Counted from the stretch's first letter, positions 40,804-51,192 are shown. The stretch is 64,000 nt of DNA from Abditibacterium sp. (GCA_965199495.1 CBDASK010000003.1:4160001-4224000), one strand, 5' to 3'. The notes: generated by a model not told the origin, from the letters alone. Numbers and translations are program-made.

Positions 40804-41916
40804 ATGATCAAATCTCCCCTTTTTTTGGTAGGCGCCGCGCTGTTGACGGGCGCCGCCGCTCACGCCGATGTCGCGTGGCAACACACCGGGCGCGTTTCGA
40901 TGGGTTCGGGCCAATCCGCCCAAACGCTGCTGAAATTCGATTTCAACAATCAGTGGAGCGGCGCCAACCATCGCACTTTTCTCAAATATGACGCGACTGG
41001 CATAAACAACGATTCGGCGGAGATGGGTAGTCCAACGATGGCCGCCGAAAAAATGGCCAAGGGCGAACTGACTTTTATTGAACGCTTGGACGACGACCGT
41101 TTGATCGTCGCGATTCCCGGCGCCGAAAGTTATATTGATGAGCCTTACTCCACGCTCAAAGAACGCACGCGGTTGAACATCTGGGAAGGTTTGGATTCGA
41201 CGCTGGGCAACGGCCCGGTTCCCGAACTCAACAACGAACAGCGCGAGCGTTTGGGCCACGAAATCCGCGCTTCGCTGTCGCCGTTCACGCAGCGCCTGAC
41301 GCGCCTTTATTTTCGTGCTTTGCCCAAACGTCGCACCATCAAAGGTTTGGATTGTCGCGGCTATCGGTTGAGCTTTTTGGTCAATACCAGTGGCAAAGCC
41401 AAAGGCGGCGATTGGATGCGGATGAACGCCGAATGGTGGCTGGCCGACCAACTGCCGGGCGATCAGGAAATTCTGGACTTCACTCAGCGCGCCAACAAAA
41501 TTAAGGACGACGGTGGCCCGGCCTCGCAGTCCATGTGGATCAACGAATATTTCCCGGTTTTGTGGCAAGTCGCGCCGCCCGAATTGCATCAGGCGTTGCG
41601 CAGTATCGTTGGTTACGAGGGCAATTCGGATTACGGTTTTCAGGGCACGCCCGTGCAATTTTTCGTGACAGTGCAGGAACCCAAAGCGCCGAGCATGATG
41701 CCAATGATGAACGGCGAATCCATTCGTTTCGCGCTCGAACTGAAAGATCGCTCGACCGATGCGGTCGCGCCCGCGATTTTTGATGCGCCCAAAAAGTTGA
41801 AGAAACAACCGATTGAGCCGTTCTTGCAGATGACGAGAAATTACGTCAAGCAAGCGCGCGAGAAAATGGAGAAAGAACTGGACAAAGAGTTCGGCCCCAA
41901 ACAGGTCATGCGCTAA
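40804..41916 (+). CDS. secreted hypothetical protein
   Basis: Signal peptide (..AHA/D); host-like codon usage. Confidence 0.7.
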   Translation: MIKSPLFLVGAALLTGAAAHADVAWQHTGRVSMGSGQSAQTLLKFDFNNQWSGANHRTFLKYDATGINNDSAEMGSPTMAAEKMAKGELTFIERLDDDRLIVAIPGAESYIDEPYSTLKERTRLNIWEGLDSTLGNGPVPELNNEQRERLGHEIRASLSPFTQRLTRLYFRALPKRRTIKGLDCRGYRLSFLVNTSGKAKGGDWMRMNAEWWLADQLPGDQEILDFTQRANKIKDDGGPASQSMWINEYFPVLWQVAPPELHQALRSIVGYEGNSDYGFQGTPVQFFVTVQEPKAPSMMPMMNGESIRFALELKDRSTDAVAPAIFDAPKKLKKQPIEPFLQMTRNYVKQAREKMEKELDKEFGPKQVMR

Positions 41917-42026
41917 AATCTAAGCGCCGTCGAACTGCTATTTTCGATGCGCGCTTTAGTCGGGTCGCGCATCCGTGTTAAAATATAAAGGCGTCCACGC
42001 CAAGCGTGGGCGCCTTTAATTTCGCC

Positions 42027-43307
42027 ATGAATTTCGATTTGCCCCATATTTCCGCGTTCGATCCCGAAGTCGCGGACGCCATGAAAAGCGAACTCAACCG
42101 CCAGCGCAACACGCTGGAAATGATCGCTTCCGAGAACTTCACTTCGCCCGCCGTTTTGGAAGCGCAGGGCAGCGTCTTGACCAACAAATACGCCGAAGGT
42201 TATCCGGCCAAACGTTATTACGGCGGCTGCGAATTCGTGGATGTCGTCGAAAATTTGGCCATCGAGCGCGCCAAAAGGTTGTTCGGCGCCGAACACGCCA
42301 ACGTGCAGCCGCACGCCGGAAGCCAGGCCAACGCGGGCGTTTATCTGGCGATGTTGCAGCCGGGCGACACGATTTTGGGCATGAACCTCGCGGCGGGCGG
42401 ACACCTGACGCACGGCCACAAAATGAGCTTCAGCGGCAAAATTTATAACGCCGTGGCCTACGGATTGAATAAAGAAACCGAGTTAATTGATTACGACGAA
42501 GTGCGCGCTCTGGCGCTGGAACATCGCCCGAAAATGTTGATCGCCGGGTTTTCGGCGTATCCGCGCACCATTGACTGGGCCAAATTCCGCGAAATCGCCG
42601 ATGAAGTCGGCGCCTATTTCATGGTGGACATGGCGCACGTCGCCGGTTTGGTGGCGACGGGCGAGTATCCGTCGCCGGTTCCGCACGCCGATTTCGTGAC
42701 GACGACGACTCACAAAACCTTGCGCGGCCCGCGTTCGGGCTTGATTTTGTGTCGCGCCCAATTCGCCGAAGCGATTGACAAAGCGATCATGCCGGGCATT
42801 CAGGGCGGCCCGCTCATGCACGCCGTGGCTGGTAAGGCCGTCTGCTTCGCCGAAGCGATGACCGATGGTTTCAAAACCTACACGCGGCAAATTCGCGCCA
42901 ACGCCGACGTTTTGGCGGCTGGCCTCATCGAAGGCGGTCTGCGTTTGGTGACCGGCGGCACCGAAAACCATTTGATGTTGGTGGATTTAACGCCCGCCGA
43001 CATCACCGGCAAAGACGGCGAACATCTGCTGGAATCCATCGGCGTGACCTGCAACAAAAACCAGATTCCCTTCGATCCACGCAGCCCGTTCGTAACCAGC
43101 GGCGTCCGTCTGGGCACGCCCGCACTGACCAGTCGCGGCATGAAAGAGCCGGAGTTCGTGGAAATTGCCGAGATTATCACCACGGCGTTCAAAGTGCGCG
43201 ACAATGAAGCCGAATTGGACAAACTGCGCGAACGCGTCGCCGATTTGTGCAACCGCTTTCCGCTCTACGAAAGCGGCTCAACGTTGTATGGTTCGCCAGT
43301 GAAATAA
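42027..43307 (+). CDS. glyA: serine hydroxymethyltransferase
   Basis: [32 protein letters not shown]. Confidence 0.98.
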   Translation: MNFDLPHISAFDPEVADAMKSELNRQRNTLEMIASENFTSPAVLEAQGSVLTNKYAEGYPAKRYYGGCEFVDVVENLAIERAKRLFGAEHANVQPHAGSQANAGVYLAMLQPGDTILGMNLAAGGHLTHGHKMSFSGKIYNAVAYGLNKETELIDYDEVRALALEHRPKMLIAGFSAYPRTIDWAKFREIADEVGAYFMVDMAHVAGLVATGEYPSPVPHADFVTTTTHKTLRGPRSGLILCRAQFAEAIDKAIMPGIQGGPLMHAVAGKAVCFAEAMTDGFKTYTRQIRANADVLAAGLIEGGLRLVTGGTENHLMLVDLTPADITGKDGEHLLESIGVTCNKNQIPFDPRSPFVTSGVRLGTPALTSRGMKEPEFVEIAEIITTAFKVRDNEAELDKLRERVADLCNRFPLYESGSTLYGSPVK

Positions 43308-43321
43308 AACGAAAAAGCCCC

Positions 43322-43558
43322 ACTAATTTACTCATCTTAGGCGGTCGGAGTATGGTAGCGGATTTAAATGCGCACATTTGTCATTCTGAGCGTAGAGAGG
43401 AACGAACGAAGTCGAAGAATCCATGACGTAGAATTTGTGATGAACGTCAAACTTCGTCGCAACCGGTGGATTCTTCGACTTCGTTCGTTCCTCTCTACGC
43501 TCAGAATGACAAAGCAAGGTGTTACCATACTCCAACCGCGTAAGGTGAGTAAATTAGT
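43322..43558. repeat. nested inverted repeat with GTCATTCTGAGCG-type REP core
   Basis: Inner perfect 47-bp arms 43377-43423 / 43467-43513; outer 36-bp arms 43322-43357 / 43523-43558 (3 mismatches). Confidence 0.88.
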
Positions 43559-43573
43559 CAAGGCGTTTTTGTT

Positions 43574-44368
43574 TTATTTCTGTTTGGCGGGAATAGTCAG
43601 CTTATAATCCAGATGATACGTTTTTCCGGTCAGTGCTTCAATTGTCACAGATGGAAAATCCTTGAATTTTTGTGGCTTGCCGTCCAAGACCGCTTCTGTT
43701 TCGGGCATGACGCCGAACGGCCCTGCGATATACAGACGAATTGAACCCGGTGGAACGCGCGCCTCGTAATGACCGGTTTCATCGGAAATCGCTGCCGCCG
43801 CGCTATCACCGGTTTTGGGACGATGTGGCCCTTCGCTGGCCACGTAAATTCCAGCGAGCGGGCGCCCGTTTTGATCAGTGATTTGGCCCTCGATGAGAGC
43901 GCCGCGCGTCAAAACGATGTCGCTGGAGCGGCGGCGTGTTTCGCCTTCTTTGGCCCACACGCCCTGCGCGGCGGGCGCCGTCCATTGCGCGGGCATTCCC
44001 AGCAAATAATAAACGACGCCCGGTTTACCGGTAATTTTGATGTTGTAGGGTGCCGTAACAAGGCCTGTCAAACGAAAAGTGCCATCGTTTTGCGTCAGAG
44101 CCATCACGTTGTTCTGGGCCTGAATAAAATCGACGGCTTTTTTGGTGTAAACGCCGCCCGGTTTGCGAGCGATGGCGCCTTTTTGCACCAGTTGCCATTG
44201 AAACGCGCGCTGCATTTCGGCGGCGATGTGAACGCCAGATGCCGGTTTGCCATCAGGATAAACGACGCGTCCAACAATCGTGCCTGTGCCATATTTCGCG
44301 GGCAATTCTTGCGCGGCGCTGACAGAAGCGATGGCGCCGACCAAAATTGGAGTTAGAAATTTAATCAT
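43574..44368 (-). CDS. secreted protein with carboxypeptidase-regulatory-like domains
   Basis: Two I.G.V....G.P..G..V / T..DG.F repeats; signal peptide. Confidence 0.75.
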   Translation of the reverse strand: MIKFLTPILVGAIASVSAAQELPAKYGTGTIVGRVVYPDGKPASGVHIAAEMQRAFQWQLVQKGAIARKPGGVYTKKAVDFIQAQNNVMALTQNDGTFRLTGLVTAPYNIKITGKPGVVYYLLGMPAQWTAPAAQGVWAKEGETRRRSSDIVLTRGALIEGQITDQNGRPLAGIYVASEGPHRPKTGDSAAAAISDETGHYEARVPPGSIRLYIAGPFGVMPETEAVLDGKPQKFKDFPSVTIEALTGKTYHLDYKLTIPAKQK

Positions 44369-44410
44369 AATTTCCCTGTCGAATTCAACGTTCGATATTA
44401 TAACTGAATT

Positions 44411-44941
44411 TTAGCGTCCTTTCCAATGGTTCCAGTTGAGCAAGCACATCGCGTAAAAACGCGCGAGTTCGCGGTCGTTACGCTTGAGCTTATTCCAATT
44501 GTCGAAAGCGTCGCGGGTTTGCTCGACGAGTTTCTCGGCTTCGCTTCGAGTGAAGGGACGGCTCAAATCGTAATCGGCGCGGTGGCGTTCTTGTTGAAGA
44601 ATAACGAAGGCTCTGGCCAGCTTTTGGAGTTCGATTGATGCAGCCACGTCGTATTTAGGCCACAGAGGTTTAAGTAGATCAATGGGCGTACCTTTCCCTA
44701 TTTCTGCGCTCGCGCTCCTCATTGCGGTGTGCGAAAATCCACGCCCAACAAGCTGGCGCAGTGGTTTGGCGGCGTTCGCTGTTCCAACCGTTAGCAACGT
44801 CGCTTCTTCGATGAGAAAGTGAAAAAGCGCGTAGTAAGCCGCTGAGACCGCGCGGCGCAAATTCGCTTGTTTTGGACGACGCGTGTCCAACTGTAACAGA
44901 AAGTTCGCCTGACCCAACAAATCGTCCGTGTATTGGCTCAT
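44411..44941 (-). CDS. HEPN-domain protein (putative toxin)
   Basis: RRAVSAAYYALFH, H, and ERHRADY motif; ATGA overlap with the upstream gene. Confidence 0.8.
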   Translation of the reverse strand: MSQYTDDLLGQANFLLQLDTRRPKQANLRRAVSAAYYALFHFLIEEATLLTVGTANAAKPLRQLVGRGFSHTAMRSASAEIGKGTPIDLLKPLWPKYDVAASIELQKLARAFVILQQERHRADYDLSRPFTRSEAEKLVEQTRDAFDNWNKLKRNDRELARFYAMCLLNWNHWKGR

Positions 44942-45225
44942 GCGCGCGCCTCGACGATTTCCTGCCATTCCGCCACTCGGCGCTCGCGGACATAAGGAAA
45001 AAAGTCGGGATAAACCGCGCGCGTGTAACGAAACGCTTCTTCTTCGAGCGGCTCAATTTTTTTCCAACTTAAGTCAGCATCGCTCACCTTATCATCGAGC
45101 AACAGCCACACGAATAGTGAATCTTCGCCTGTCCAATCGGGCGCGCGTTCGATAATAATCTGCTCGACTTTGGTAAAGCCCAGTTCATGCAAATGCGCTT
45201 TTAATTGTTCGGCGAATTGTTCCAT
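44938..45225 (-). CDS. small acidic protein, putative antitoxin of the HEPN gene
   Basis: 95 aa, DWTGEDSLFVWLLLDD; translationally coupled to the HEPN gene. Confidence 0.6.
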   Translation of the reverse strand: MEQFAEQLKAHLHELGFTKVEQIIIERAPDWTGEDSLFVWLLLDDKVSDADLSWKKIEPLEEEAFRYTRAVYPDFFPYVRERRVAEWQEIVEARA

Positions 45226-45289
45226 CCTTTAAGTATAAACTCCGCCCCAATCCGCCGCTTTGGGCGCGCGTCGTTCATACTATGGCGCG

Positions 45290-46708
45290 ATGTCCAATTC
45301 ACTCATCGAAGAGTTCCGCACGGCGGGACAACCACAGGTTTTCGCCTTTTATGATTCGCTCAACGACGCGCAAAAAGCGCGACTTATTCAGCAATCGCGC
45401 GAAATTGATTTAGACGAACTCGCCCAACTCAATCGCACTTTGGTCGCCGGACAGAGCGGCGCTAAATTCGATTATTCGATTTTAATTCCTGCACCGTTTG
45501 AACTTTTACCCAGCCACGGCGGCGACGCGCAAAAGTGGCAAAGCGCGCGTCAAACCGGCGAAGACGCTTTGCGCGCCGGGCGCGTGGCTGCTTTCACCGT
45601 CGCGGGCGGGCAGGGTACACGCTTGGGTTACGACGGGCCAAAAGGCACCTTTCCCGTGACGCCGGTTCAAAATCATACGTTGTTTCAGGTCTTCGCCGAA
45701 AAACTATTGGCGGCGGGCGCGCGTTATGGCAAACCGCTGCACTGGTTCGTCATGACGAGCGAGCAAAACCATGCGCAGACCGAAGCGTTTTTTCGTGAAC
45801 ACGATTATTTCGGATTGAGCGAAGATCACGTTCATCTGTTTCAGCAGGGCCGCATGCCCGCCGTTGACCACGATGGCAAAATTCTGCTTTCGGCGCCCGA
45901 CGAAATCGTTTTATCGGCCAACGGCCACGGCGGCTCATTGCGCGCTTTAGATCGCAGCGGTTCGCTCGACATTATGGAGCGCGCGGGCATTGACGTAATT
46001 TCGTATTTTCAGGTGGACAATCCGCTCGTTCACGTCATTGACGCGGCGTTCATCGGATTTCACGTTCAGGCCCAATCCGAGATGTCGAGCCGCGCTCTGC
46101 CCAAGGCCTACGCGGGCGAAAAAGTCGGCCATTTCTGTCTGGACGCGCACGGGCGTTTGATGGTCGTCGAATACTCCGATTTGCCGACCGAAATGCAGGA
46201 ACAGCGCGACGAAAACGGTAATTTGAAATTCGTCGCGGGCAGCATCGCGATTCATTTGCTCGACCGCGAATTTGTGCGGCGCATGGCGAGCGGTGAAGGT
46301 CAATTGCCGTTTCATCGCGCCGATAAGAAAATCCCGACGATTGATGCGCAGGGCAACGAAATCAAGCCCGATAAACCCAACGGCATCAAATTCGAGCTGT
46401 TCGTTTTCGACGCGCTACCGTTTGCGAAAAATCCGGTCGTCATCGAAACCAGTCGCGAATCCGAATTTTCGCCGGTCAAAAACGCCGAAGGCGTGGATTC
46501 GCCGCAAAGTTGCCGCGACGATCAAGTGCGCCAGTTCGCGCGCTGGGCCAACGCGGCGGGCGCGAACGTTGAAGTTGACGAAAGTGGCTTGCCCGCGTTT
46601 GCGTTCGAGGTTTCGCCGCTCTTCGCGACCGACGAAGAATCGTTTGCGCAAAGTTGGGCGAAGTTGGAGCCGAAACCCCAGATTGAGCAAGGAACGGTTT
46701 TGGCGTAA
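45290..46708 (+). CDS. UDPGP type 1 family (UDP-GlcNAc/UDP-Glc pyrophosphorylase)
   Basis: AGGQGTRLG..GPKG, NGHGG, QVDNPL, EKVG, VEYSD, KFELFVFD, EFSPVKN. Confidence 0.92.
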   Translation: MSNSLIEEFRTAGQPQVFAFYDSLNDAQKARLIQQSREIDLDELAQLNRTLVAGQSGAKFDYSILIPAPFELLPSHGGDAQKWQSARQTGEDALRAGRVAAFTVAGGQGTRLGYDGPKGTFPVTPVQNHTLFQVFAEKLLAAGARYGKPLHWFVMTSEQNHAQTEAFFREHDYFGLSEDHVHLFQQGRMPAVDHDGKILLSAPDEIVLSANGHGGSLRALDRSGSLDIMERAGIDVISYFQVDNPLVHVIDAAFIGFHVQAQSEMSSRALPKAYAGEKVGHFCLDAHGRLMVVEYSDLPTEMQEQRDENGNLKFVAGSIAIHLLDREFVRRMASGEGQLPFHRADKKIPTIDAQGNEIKPDKPNGIKFELFVFDALPFAKNPVVIETSRESEFSPVKNAEGVDSPQSCRDDQVRQFARWANAAGANVEVDESGLPAFAFEVSPLFATDEESFAQSWAKLEPKPQIEQGTVLA

Positions 46709-46765
46709 AACAGCGCGACACTCGTGTGCTTGAAACTCGCGCGCGCACGCGCTAAACCGCGTGCG

Positions 46766-47053
46766 ATGTTTTCTTGGATCAATCGAATCGTCGGCGCGCT
46801 ATTCTTTGGCGGTGGCTTGTGGGCGACTGGCGTTAGCGCCTATTACGTTTTTGCGGATTGGGGCACGCTCAACGCGTTTTATGCGCGCTTCGAGACGCTC
46901 ATCGCGGCCAACGCGCCGCTTCGCTCGCTCTACATCGTCGGGACGGAGCAGCAGGCGTTTCGCATCAACTGTTTCGCTGATGGCGTCGGCGTTTTGTTGG
47001 GCGCCATCGTCGCCGCGTTGGGCTGGATGATCTTGACGCGCGGGCCAAAATGA
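46766..47053 (+). CDS. small membrane protein
   Basis: Two TM segments; overlaps the next gene (ATGA). Confidence 0.6.
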   Translation: MFSWINRIVGALFFGGGLWATGVSAYYVFADWGTLNAFYARFETLIAANAPLRSLYIVGTEQQAFRINCFADGVGVLLGAIVAALGWMILTRGPK

Positions 47054-47379
47054 ACATTCTTTATGTCGAAAATCACGCGCGTTTCGCGCGCATCGCCATC
47101 GCTGCGTTTTTAAGCGCGCACGAGGTCGAAGTGCAGCCGAGCATTGCGGCGGCGTTGGAAACTTTGCAAAACCAAGTTTTTGACGCGATTCTGGTGGATT
47201 ACGATCTGGACGATGGCAAAGGCGATTGTATCGTTCGAGTCGCCGCGCAGTTGCAGCCACGGCCACGCATCATCGCGGTTTCGGCGCACGATGAAGGCAA
47301 TAACGCGCTCGTTGCGGTGGGCGCCGATGCGGTTTGTTCCAAGTTGAATTTCGCTTCGATTGGCCAGTTTCTGGAGTGA
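47050..47379 (+). CDS. single-domain response regulator
   Basis: ILYVEN, ILVDYDL.DG.G, VSA, GAD..CSK. Confidence 0.85.
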   Translation: MNILYVENHARFARIAIAAFLSAHEVEVQPSIAAALETLQNQVFDAILVDYDLDDGKGDCIVRVAAQLQPRPRIIAVSAHDEGNNALVAVGADAVCSKLNFASIGQFLE

Positions 47380-47487
47380 ACGAGCGTTTGTTGTGCGCTT
47401 GAGTTGTCGTTTCTCGGCTTCGCTTGAAAGGACACGCAAGCGAAATTGCGACTCGTGTAGTGCTTCCTACTGAAGAGGTTATATATT

Positions 47488-47565
47488 CAGCGGGGCTGAC
47501 GCCCTCTTCCAATCGGCGGAGTTCCGCGAAAGCATGCCGATTGGAAGAGGGCGTCAGCCCCGCTG
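47488..47565. repeat. 30-bp perfect inverted repeat
   Basis: CAGCGGGGCTGACGCCCTCTTCCAATCGGC (47488-47517) and its reverse complement (47536-47565). Confidence 0.85.
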
Positions 47566-47622
47566 GTGTAGCTTGCTGATGAGGAAGGGCGATAACTTCC
47601 AAGAAGAACAATTTGCGAAAAC

Positions 47623-47660
47623 AAAAAGGCGCGCCTCCCACCGGGAAGCGCGCTTTTTTT
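47623..47660. terminator. bidirectional terminator
   Basis: AAAAAGGCGCGCCTCCC / GGGAAGCGCGCTTTTTTT. Confidence 0.75.
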
Positions 47661-47670
47661 GTCGCAACAT

Positions 47671-50319
47671 TTACTTTACCGAAACCAGTCCGGCGTCTAT
47701 GTATTTGTCGCCGCCACTGTCGTGGACGTGAATCGCCATCACGTTTGCGCCGGGTTTGAGCGCGGCGATGGCTTCCTTAGACATTGGAAACTCTTCGTAA
47801 CCTCCGTTGGCGCCCGGCGCTCTGGTCGCTTGCACGCCGTTGAGATAAACCTCGGCATCGTCGTCATGATAGAGCATCAGTTGCAACGCGTTGCGGTCGG
47901 CGAGTTGAGCCGCAGTCAGGTTGAAGGTGCGGCGCACCCATAAATCGGATGTCGTCCACGGCGTGCCGATGACGGCGGCGCTGACATCGCGCTGCATGCC
48001 AAAACCGCCGGGGCCGGATTGCCATGTCGAATCGTCGAACTCGGATTTGAACCAACCATCCGCCGGTTGCGCGTCGGTATATTTCCAGATCACGTTGGTC
48101 TTGTCCGAAGTCGGCGCCAACATCGTCACGATTGGCGGCGCGGGAATCGGCGCCCAGTTCTCGTTGACGTTTTTCGAGGCCGCGATGTCGCGCTGCGCCC
48201 ACTTGTTCCAGATCGCCTTGTTGTTCAGCATCGGCATGAACACGCCGCCAATCGCTGAGCGCGCCTTAAAGCCGCGTTGCGTGCCTTCGATGGTGTTATA
48301 CCAATCGGTCATCGGCACGCGCGAAGGCGATTCGTTCAAGAAATCGTAAATCGGCCCGGCGAACGCCTCGACATCCGCTTTGTTGTCGGTCAGCGCCGCG
48401 CTCCACAACGTCCAATCGAGTTTGGTATACGTCGCGCGACTATCCAAAGGCACACCGTAACGGTTGAGTTTGGTCTTGTAATATGCGACTTCGGCTTCGT
48501 CCACGCTGGCGGGAAACAGGTCAATGCCCAGAATTTTATCCCACACGATATTATATTTCTGGCTCCAGGTGCCCGATTTATCGAACGCCAATTTGTAGTG
48601 ATCTCCGTCTTTGGCCGCGTCCTGCCACTGCTGGCTCATGCCCTGCGCGATTTTGCGCACGCGCGTGGCCTCAGCGTTATCGCCGCGCATTTTCGCCATC
48701 ATCGCATAAGCGCCGATGGCCTCAATGCTCTTGCCCGACAAATTCACGCTATGCGCCATGTGCCCGGCGAAATCGTCGGTCGAAAGCTGATTGTCCAGAT
48801 CGTAACCTTTGCTCATCAGGAAATTTGCCCATTTGGTCAGCGTGGGCCAATAACGGTCAGCGTATTTGGTGTTGCCCTCGACCTGGCTTAGCGCGCCCAT
48901 CAAAATCAGCATATTGCCCGATTCCTCGACCGGCATTTTGCCGCTCACGTCACCGTTAGCCGGAATGTTTTCGCCGCCGCCATAAGTCATGCCGGTGGCT
49001 TTGGGGTAGGTGCCGAGATCGTGCGGCGCGAAATCGAACGGCCAGCGCGAACTGCTCGAATAGAGCATCGTCGGCTCCATCGTCGCTTTGAGTAGGGTTG
49101 GCGAGAGCAGCAACATCTGCGGACTGGCCGGATACATCAAATCCACCGTGCCCGCCGAGCCGTTGGAGTTGTTCTCTTTAGAAACCGAGAGCGGCGCGCC
49201 GTTGGCATCGGCCACGATTTTCTGCGCCGCCAGCGCCTGACGATGCGCCAAGACCACCAAACGCTCATATTTTTCGCCGCCGACGGTGCGCAAATCGGCC
49301 ATCAACTCGTTGTCGAAAGCAATGCAGCGCGTATTCAAACTCGCATAATCTTTGGCCGCGACATCCAGCAGACCGAGCGCATCCATGCCGTTGCGGCGCC
49401 AATACGGACGCAACTGCTTGCCCATCCAGTTGAGCGAATATTCGTCGTCATACGCCACCATCATGGTGCGCGAAACCGGTTTGGCGCCGACGCTTCCGAC
49501 GTTGAACGACAGAGCAGCCACCGGCGCGCGGTCGGCCATCGTCGGCGTGGCTGCTACGTCGCGGGTGGGCAAATTGCCCGACCGGCCCCACGCCATTTGC
49601 GCATCTTCGCGCTGCGCCAAAACGCTTTGCAGACCGCTCTGGTTGGGCGCGGCGAGATAAAGATAGCCCCAGTCAATGCGCAAATCGTCGCCTTTTTTGG
49701 CCAAAACCGGCTGGTCAACCGAACCAATCTTGAGCGCCGTGATGTCGCCTTTGGATGCGCGTTCCCAGCTCACCTGTTGTTGGTTCGCTTCGTTGACAGT
49801 CAAGTTAGCAGCGGCGTCGGCATAGAATTGCACGTCGTGGCTTTTGCCGTCGAGCGAGCGCACCAAAAACGAAACGTAGGTTACGGGCCGCGCCAAAACT
49901 TCCAAATCGGATGGAATCGCGGGCGTCATGAAAACCAGTTGCACCTGCACTTTTTCGTTCTGGAACGTGTAAATCGTGCGCGTGGGCGTGACTGTAACGC
50001 TCTTTTGCGGGAGCGACGCCGATTCTTCGGGTTGCGTGCCCATCAGGCGAAAGGTCTGGCCGTCCACGCGCGCCATCGCGTTCAAACTGTTCTCGCGGCC
50101 CGTCCAATGGCGCGTCGAGTCGCTGTAAAGTTTGTTGCTGTTCGACCACACCGAAAAATACGGATCGTGCGTCACGAGCGGCACCGAAGGCGGACGAAAC
50201 GGCGCCAGTTCGGCGCTCGCATTCATTTGTTGCGCCTGCGATTGGGGCGCCGCGAGCGCAACCAAGGTCAACAGACCAACGGGCGCCAACACTTGCAAGG
50301 AAAGATGGGATGTCTTCAT
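47671..50319 (-). CDS. glutaminase A-like (DUF5127/DUF4965/DUF1793) secreted glycoside-hydrolase-like protein with C-terminal sugar-binding domain
   Basis: RPPSVPLVTHDPYFSVWS, SKEN.SNG..TVD, PHDLGTYP, MPVEESGNM, QLSTDDFAG, WSQKYN. Confidence 0.85.
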   Translation of the reverse strand: MKTSHLSLQVLAPVGLLTLVALAAPQSQAQQMNASAELAPFRPPSVPLVTHDPYFSVWSNSNKLYSDSTRHWTGRENSLNAMARVDGQTFRLMGTQPEESASLPQKSVTVTPTRTIYTFQNEKVQVQLVFMTPAIPSDLEVLARPVTYVSFLVRSLDGKSHDVQFYADAAANLTVNEANQQQVSWERASKGDITALKIGSVDQPVLAKKGDDLRIDWGYLYLAAPNQSGLQSVLAQREDAQMAWGRSGNLPTRDVAATPTMADRAPVAALSFNVGSVGAKPVSRTMMVAYDDEYSLNWMGKQLRPYWRRNGMDALGLLDVAAKDYASLNTRCIAFDNELMADLRTVGGEKYERLVVLAHRQALAAQKIVADANGAPLSVSKENNSNGSAGTVDLMYPASPQMLLLSPTLLKATMEPTMLYSSSSRWPFDFAPHDLGTYPKATGMTYGGGENIPANGDVSGKMPVEESGNMLILMGALSQVEGNTKYADRYWPTLTKWANFLMSKGYDLDNQLSTDDFAGHMAHSVNLSGKSIEAIGAYAMMAKMRGDNAEATRVRKIAQGMSQQWQDAAKDGDHYKLAFDKSGTWSQKYNIVWDKILGIDLFPASVDEAEVAYYKTKLNRYGVPLDSRATYTKLDWTLWSAALTDNKADVEAFAGPIYDFLNESPSRVPMTDWYNTIEGTQRGFKARSAIGGVFMPMLNNKAIWNKWAQRDIAASKNVNENWAPIPAPPIVTMLAPTSDKTNVIWKYTDAQPADGWFKSEFDDSTWQSGPGGFGMQRDVSAAVIGTPWTTSDLWVRRTFNLTAAQLADRNALQLMLYHDDDAEVYLNGVQATRAPGANGGYEEFPMSKEAIAALKPGANVMAIHVHDSGGDKYIDAGLVSVK

Positions 50320-50394
50320 AAATTGGGGTGCCCAACAGTTTAATGGATAGAAGTCGCGCCGTTGCGCTTGCCGTGAAATGACGATTTGAAATTT

Positions 50395-50964
50395 CTACTT
50401 TTTCATTTCGCTATCGCCCTGCAACTTCGAGCCGACCGGGCCTTGCTGCCCGGCATATTTGCCTTTGTAGGGCCGCGACGATGGCGACGAAATGCGCTCG
50501 AACGTCATCGAACAGATGCGCATGCCGGGATAGAGAGCCACCGGCATCGGGCCGATGTTGCCCAACTCCATCACGCAACGCCCGGCGAAACCGGGGAAAA
50601 ACATCGGCGCCGTGCCGTGAACAATAATGCCCAAACGCCCCAGCGACGAGCGGCCTTCCAAACGCCCCAACATATCGGCGGGCAGCGAAATCTCTTCAAT
50701 TGTCGCGGCCAAAACCAATTCCTGCGGGTGCATAATAAACGGTTCGTCGGCGGGCACGGTGACGATGCGCGTGAACGCGTCCCAGTTGATGCCTTCGCGC
50801 GGGTCAATGAACGCGGTGCGCGCGCGCTCGAAAACGCGGAATTCGTCGCCCAATCGCAAATCGAGCGAACAGGCGCCCAATTGCGTTTCCATATCGGGCG
50901 CGGGATTAATCGTGATGTCGCCGCGTTCGAGGGCGGCTAATAAATCGGTGTCGGATAAAACCAT
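50395..50964 (-). CDS. dcd: dCTP deaminase
   Basis: SLDLRLG, EGRSSLGRLG, PGF.G..MELGN, YKGKY.GQ. Confidence 0.93.
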   Translation of the reverse strand: MVLSDTDLLAALERGDITINPAPDMETQLGACSLDLRLGDEFRVFERARTAFIDPREGINWDAFTRIVTVPADEPFIMHPQELVLAATIEEISLPADMLGRLEGRSSLGRLGIIVHGTAPMFFPGFAGRCVMELGNIGPMPVALYPGMRICSMTFERISSPSSRPYKGKYAGQQGPVGSKLQGDSEMKK

Positions 50965-51070
50965 AATGACGGCATTGGGCCGCCCTTGAATTTTAACGCA
51001 GTAGGCGAATGACGCGCCAGAAGTGAATTACAATGATGTGGCTTGGATTATTGAGAACGGATTTTTTCTC

Positions 51071-51174
51071 TTTCAACGACAAGCTCACCCGCCGCCGGAA
51101 GCGCAGTGAGTGAAGGGAGCTTGCGACCGAAACGAACGGAGCTGTAGGCGGTCGGGTGCAGCGCCTTGTTCTGC
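51071..51174 (-). other. attC recombination site
   Basis: Minus strand GCAGAAC-AAGGCGCTGCACCCGACCGCC...GGCGGCGGGTGAGCTTGTC-GTTGAAA: R''/L''/L'/R' layout with an imperfect palindrome. Confidence 0.9.
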
Positions 51175-51192
51175 CGGTGTTAGGTTGCTTGG

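Noticed and set aside
40633..41853. Long antisense ORFs (also 49243..50343, 27943..29184, 20830..21723, 60611..61681, 38217..39092)
   Set aside because: They lie opposite well-supported genes, which is common in GC-rich DNA, and have no recognisable motifs.
43332..43607. Small ORFs in the palindromes (also 3006..3254)
   Set aside because: Mirror-image translations produced by the inverted repeats.
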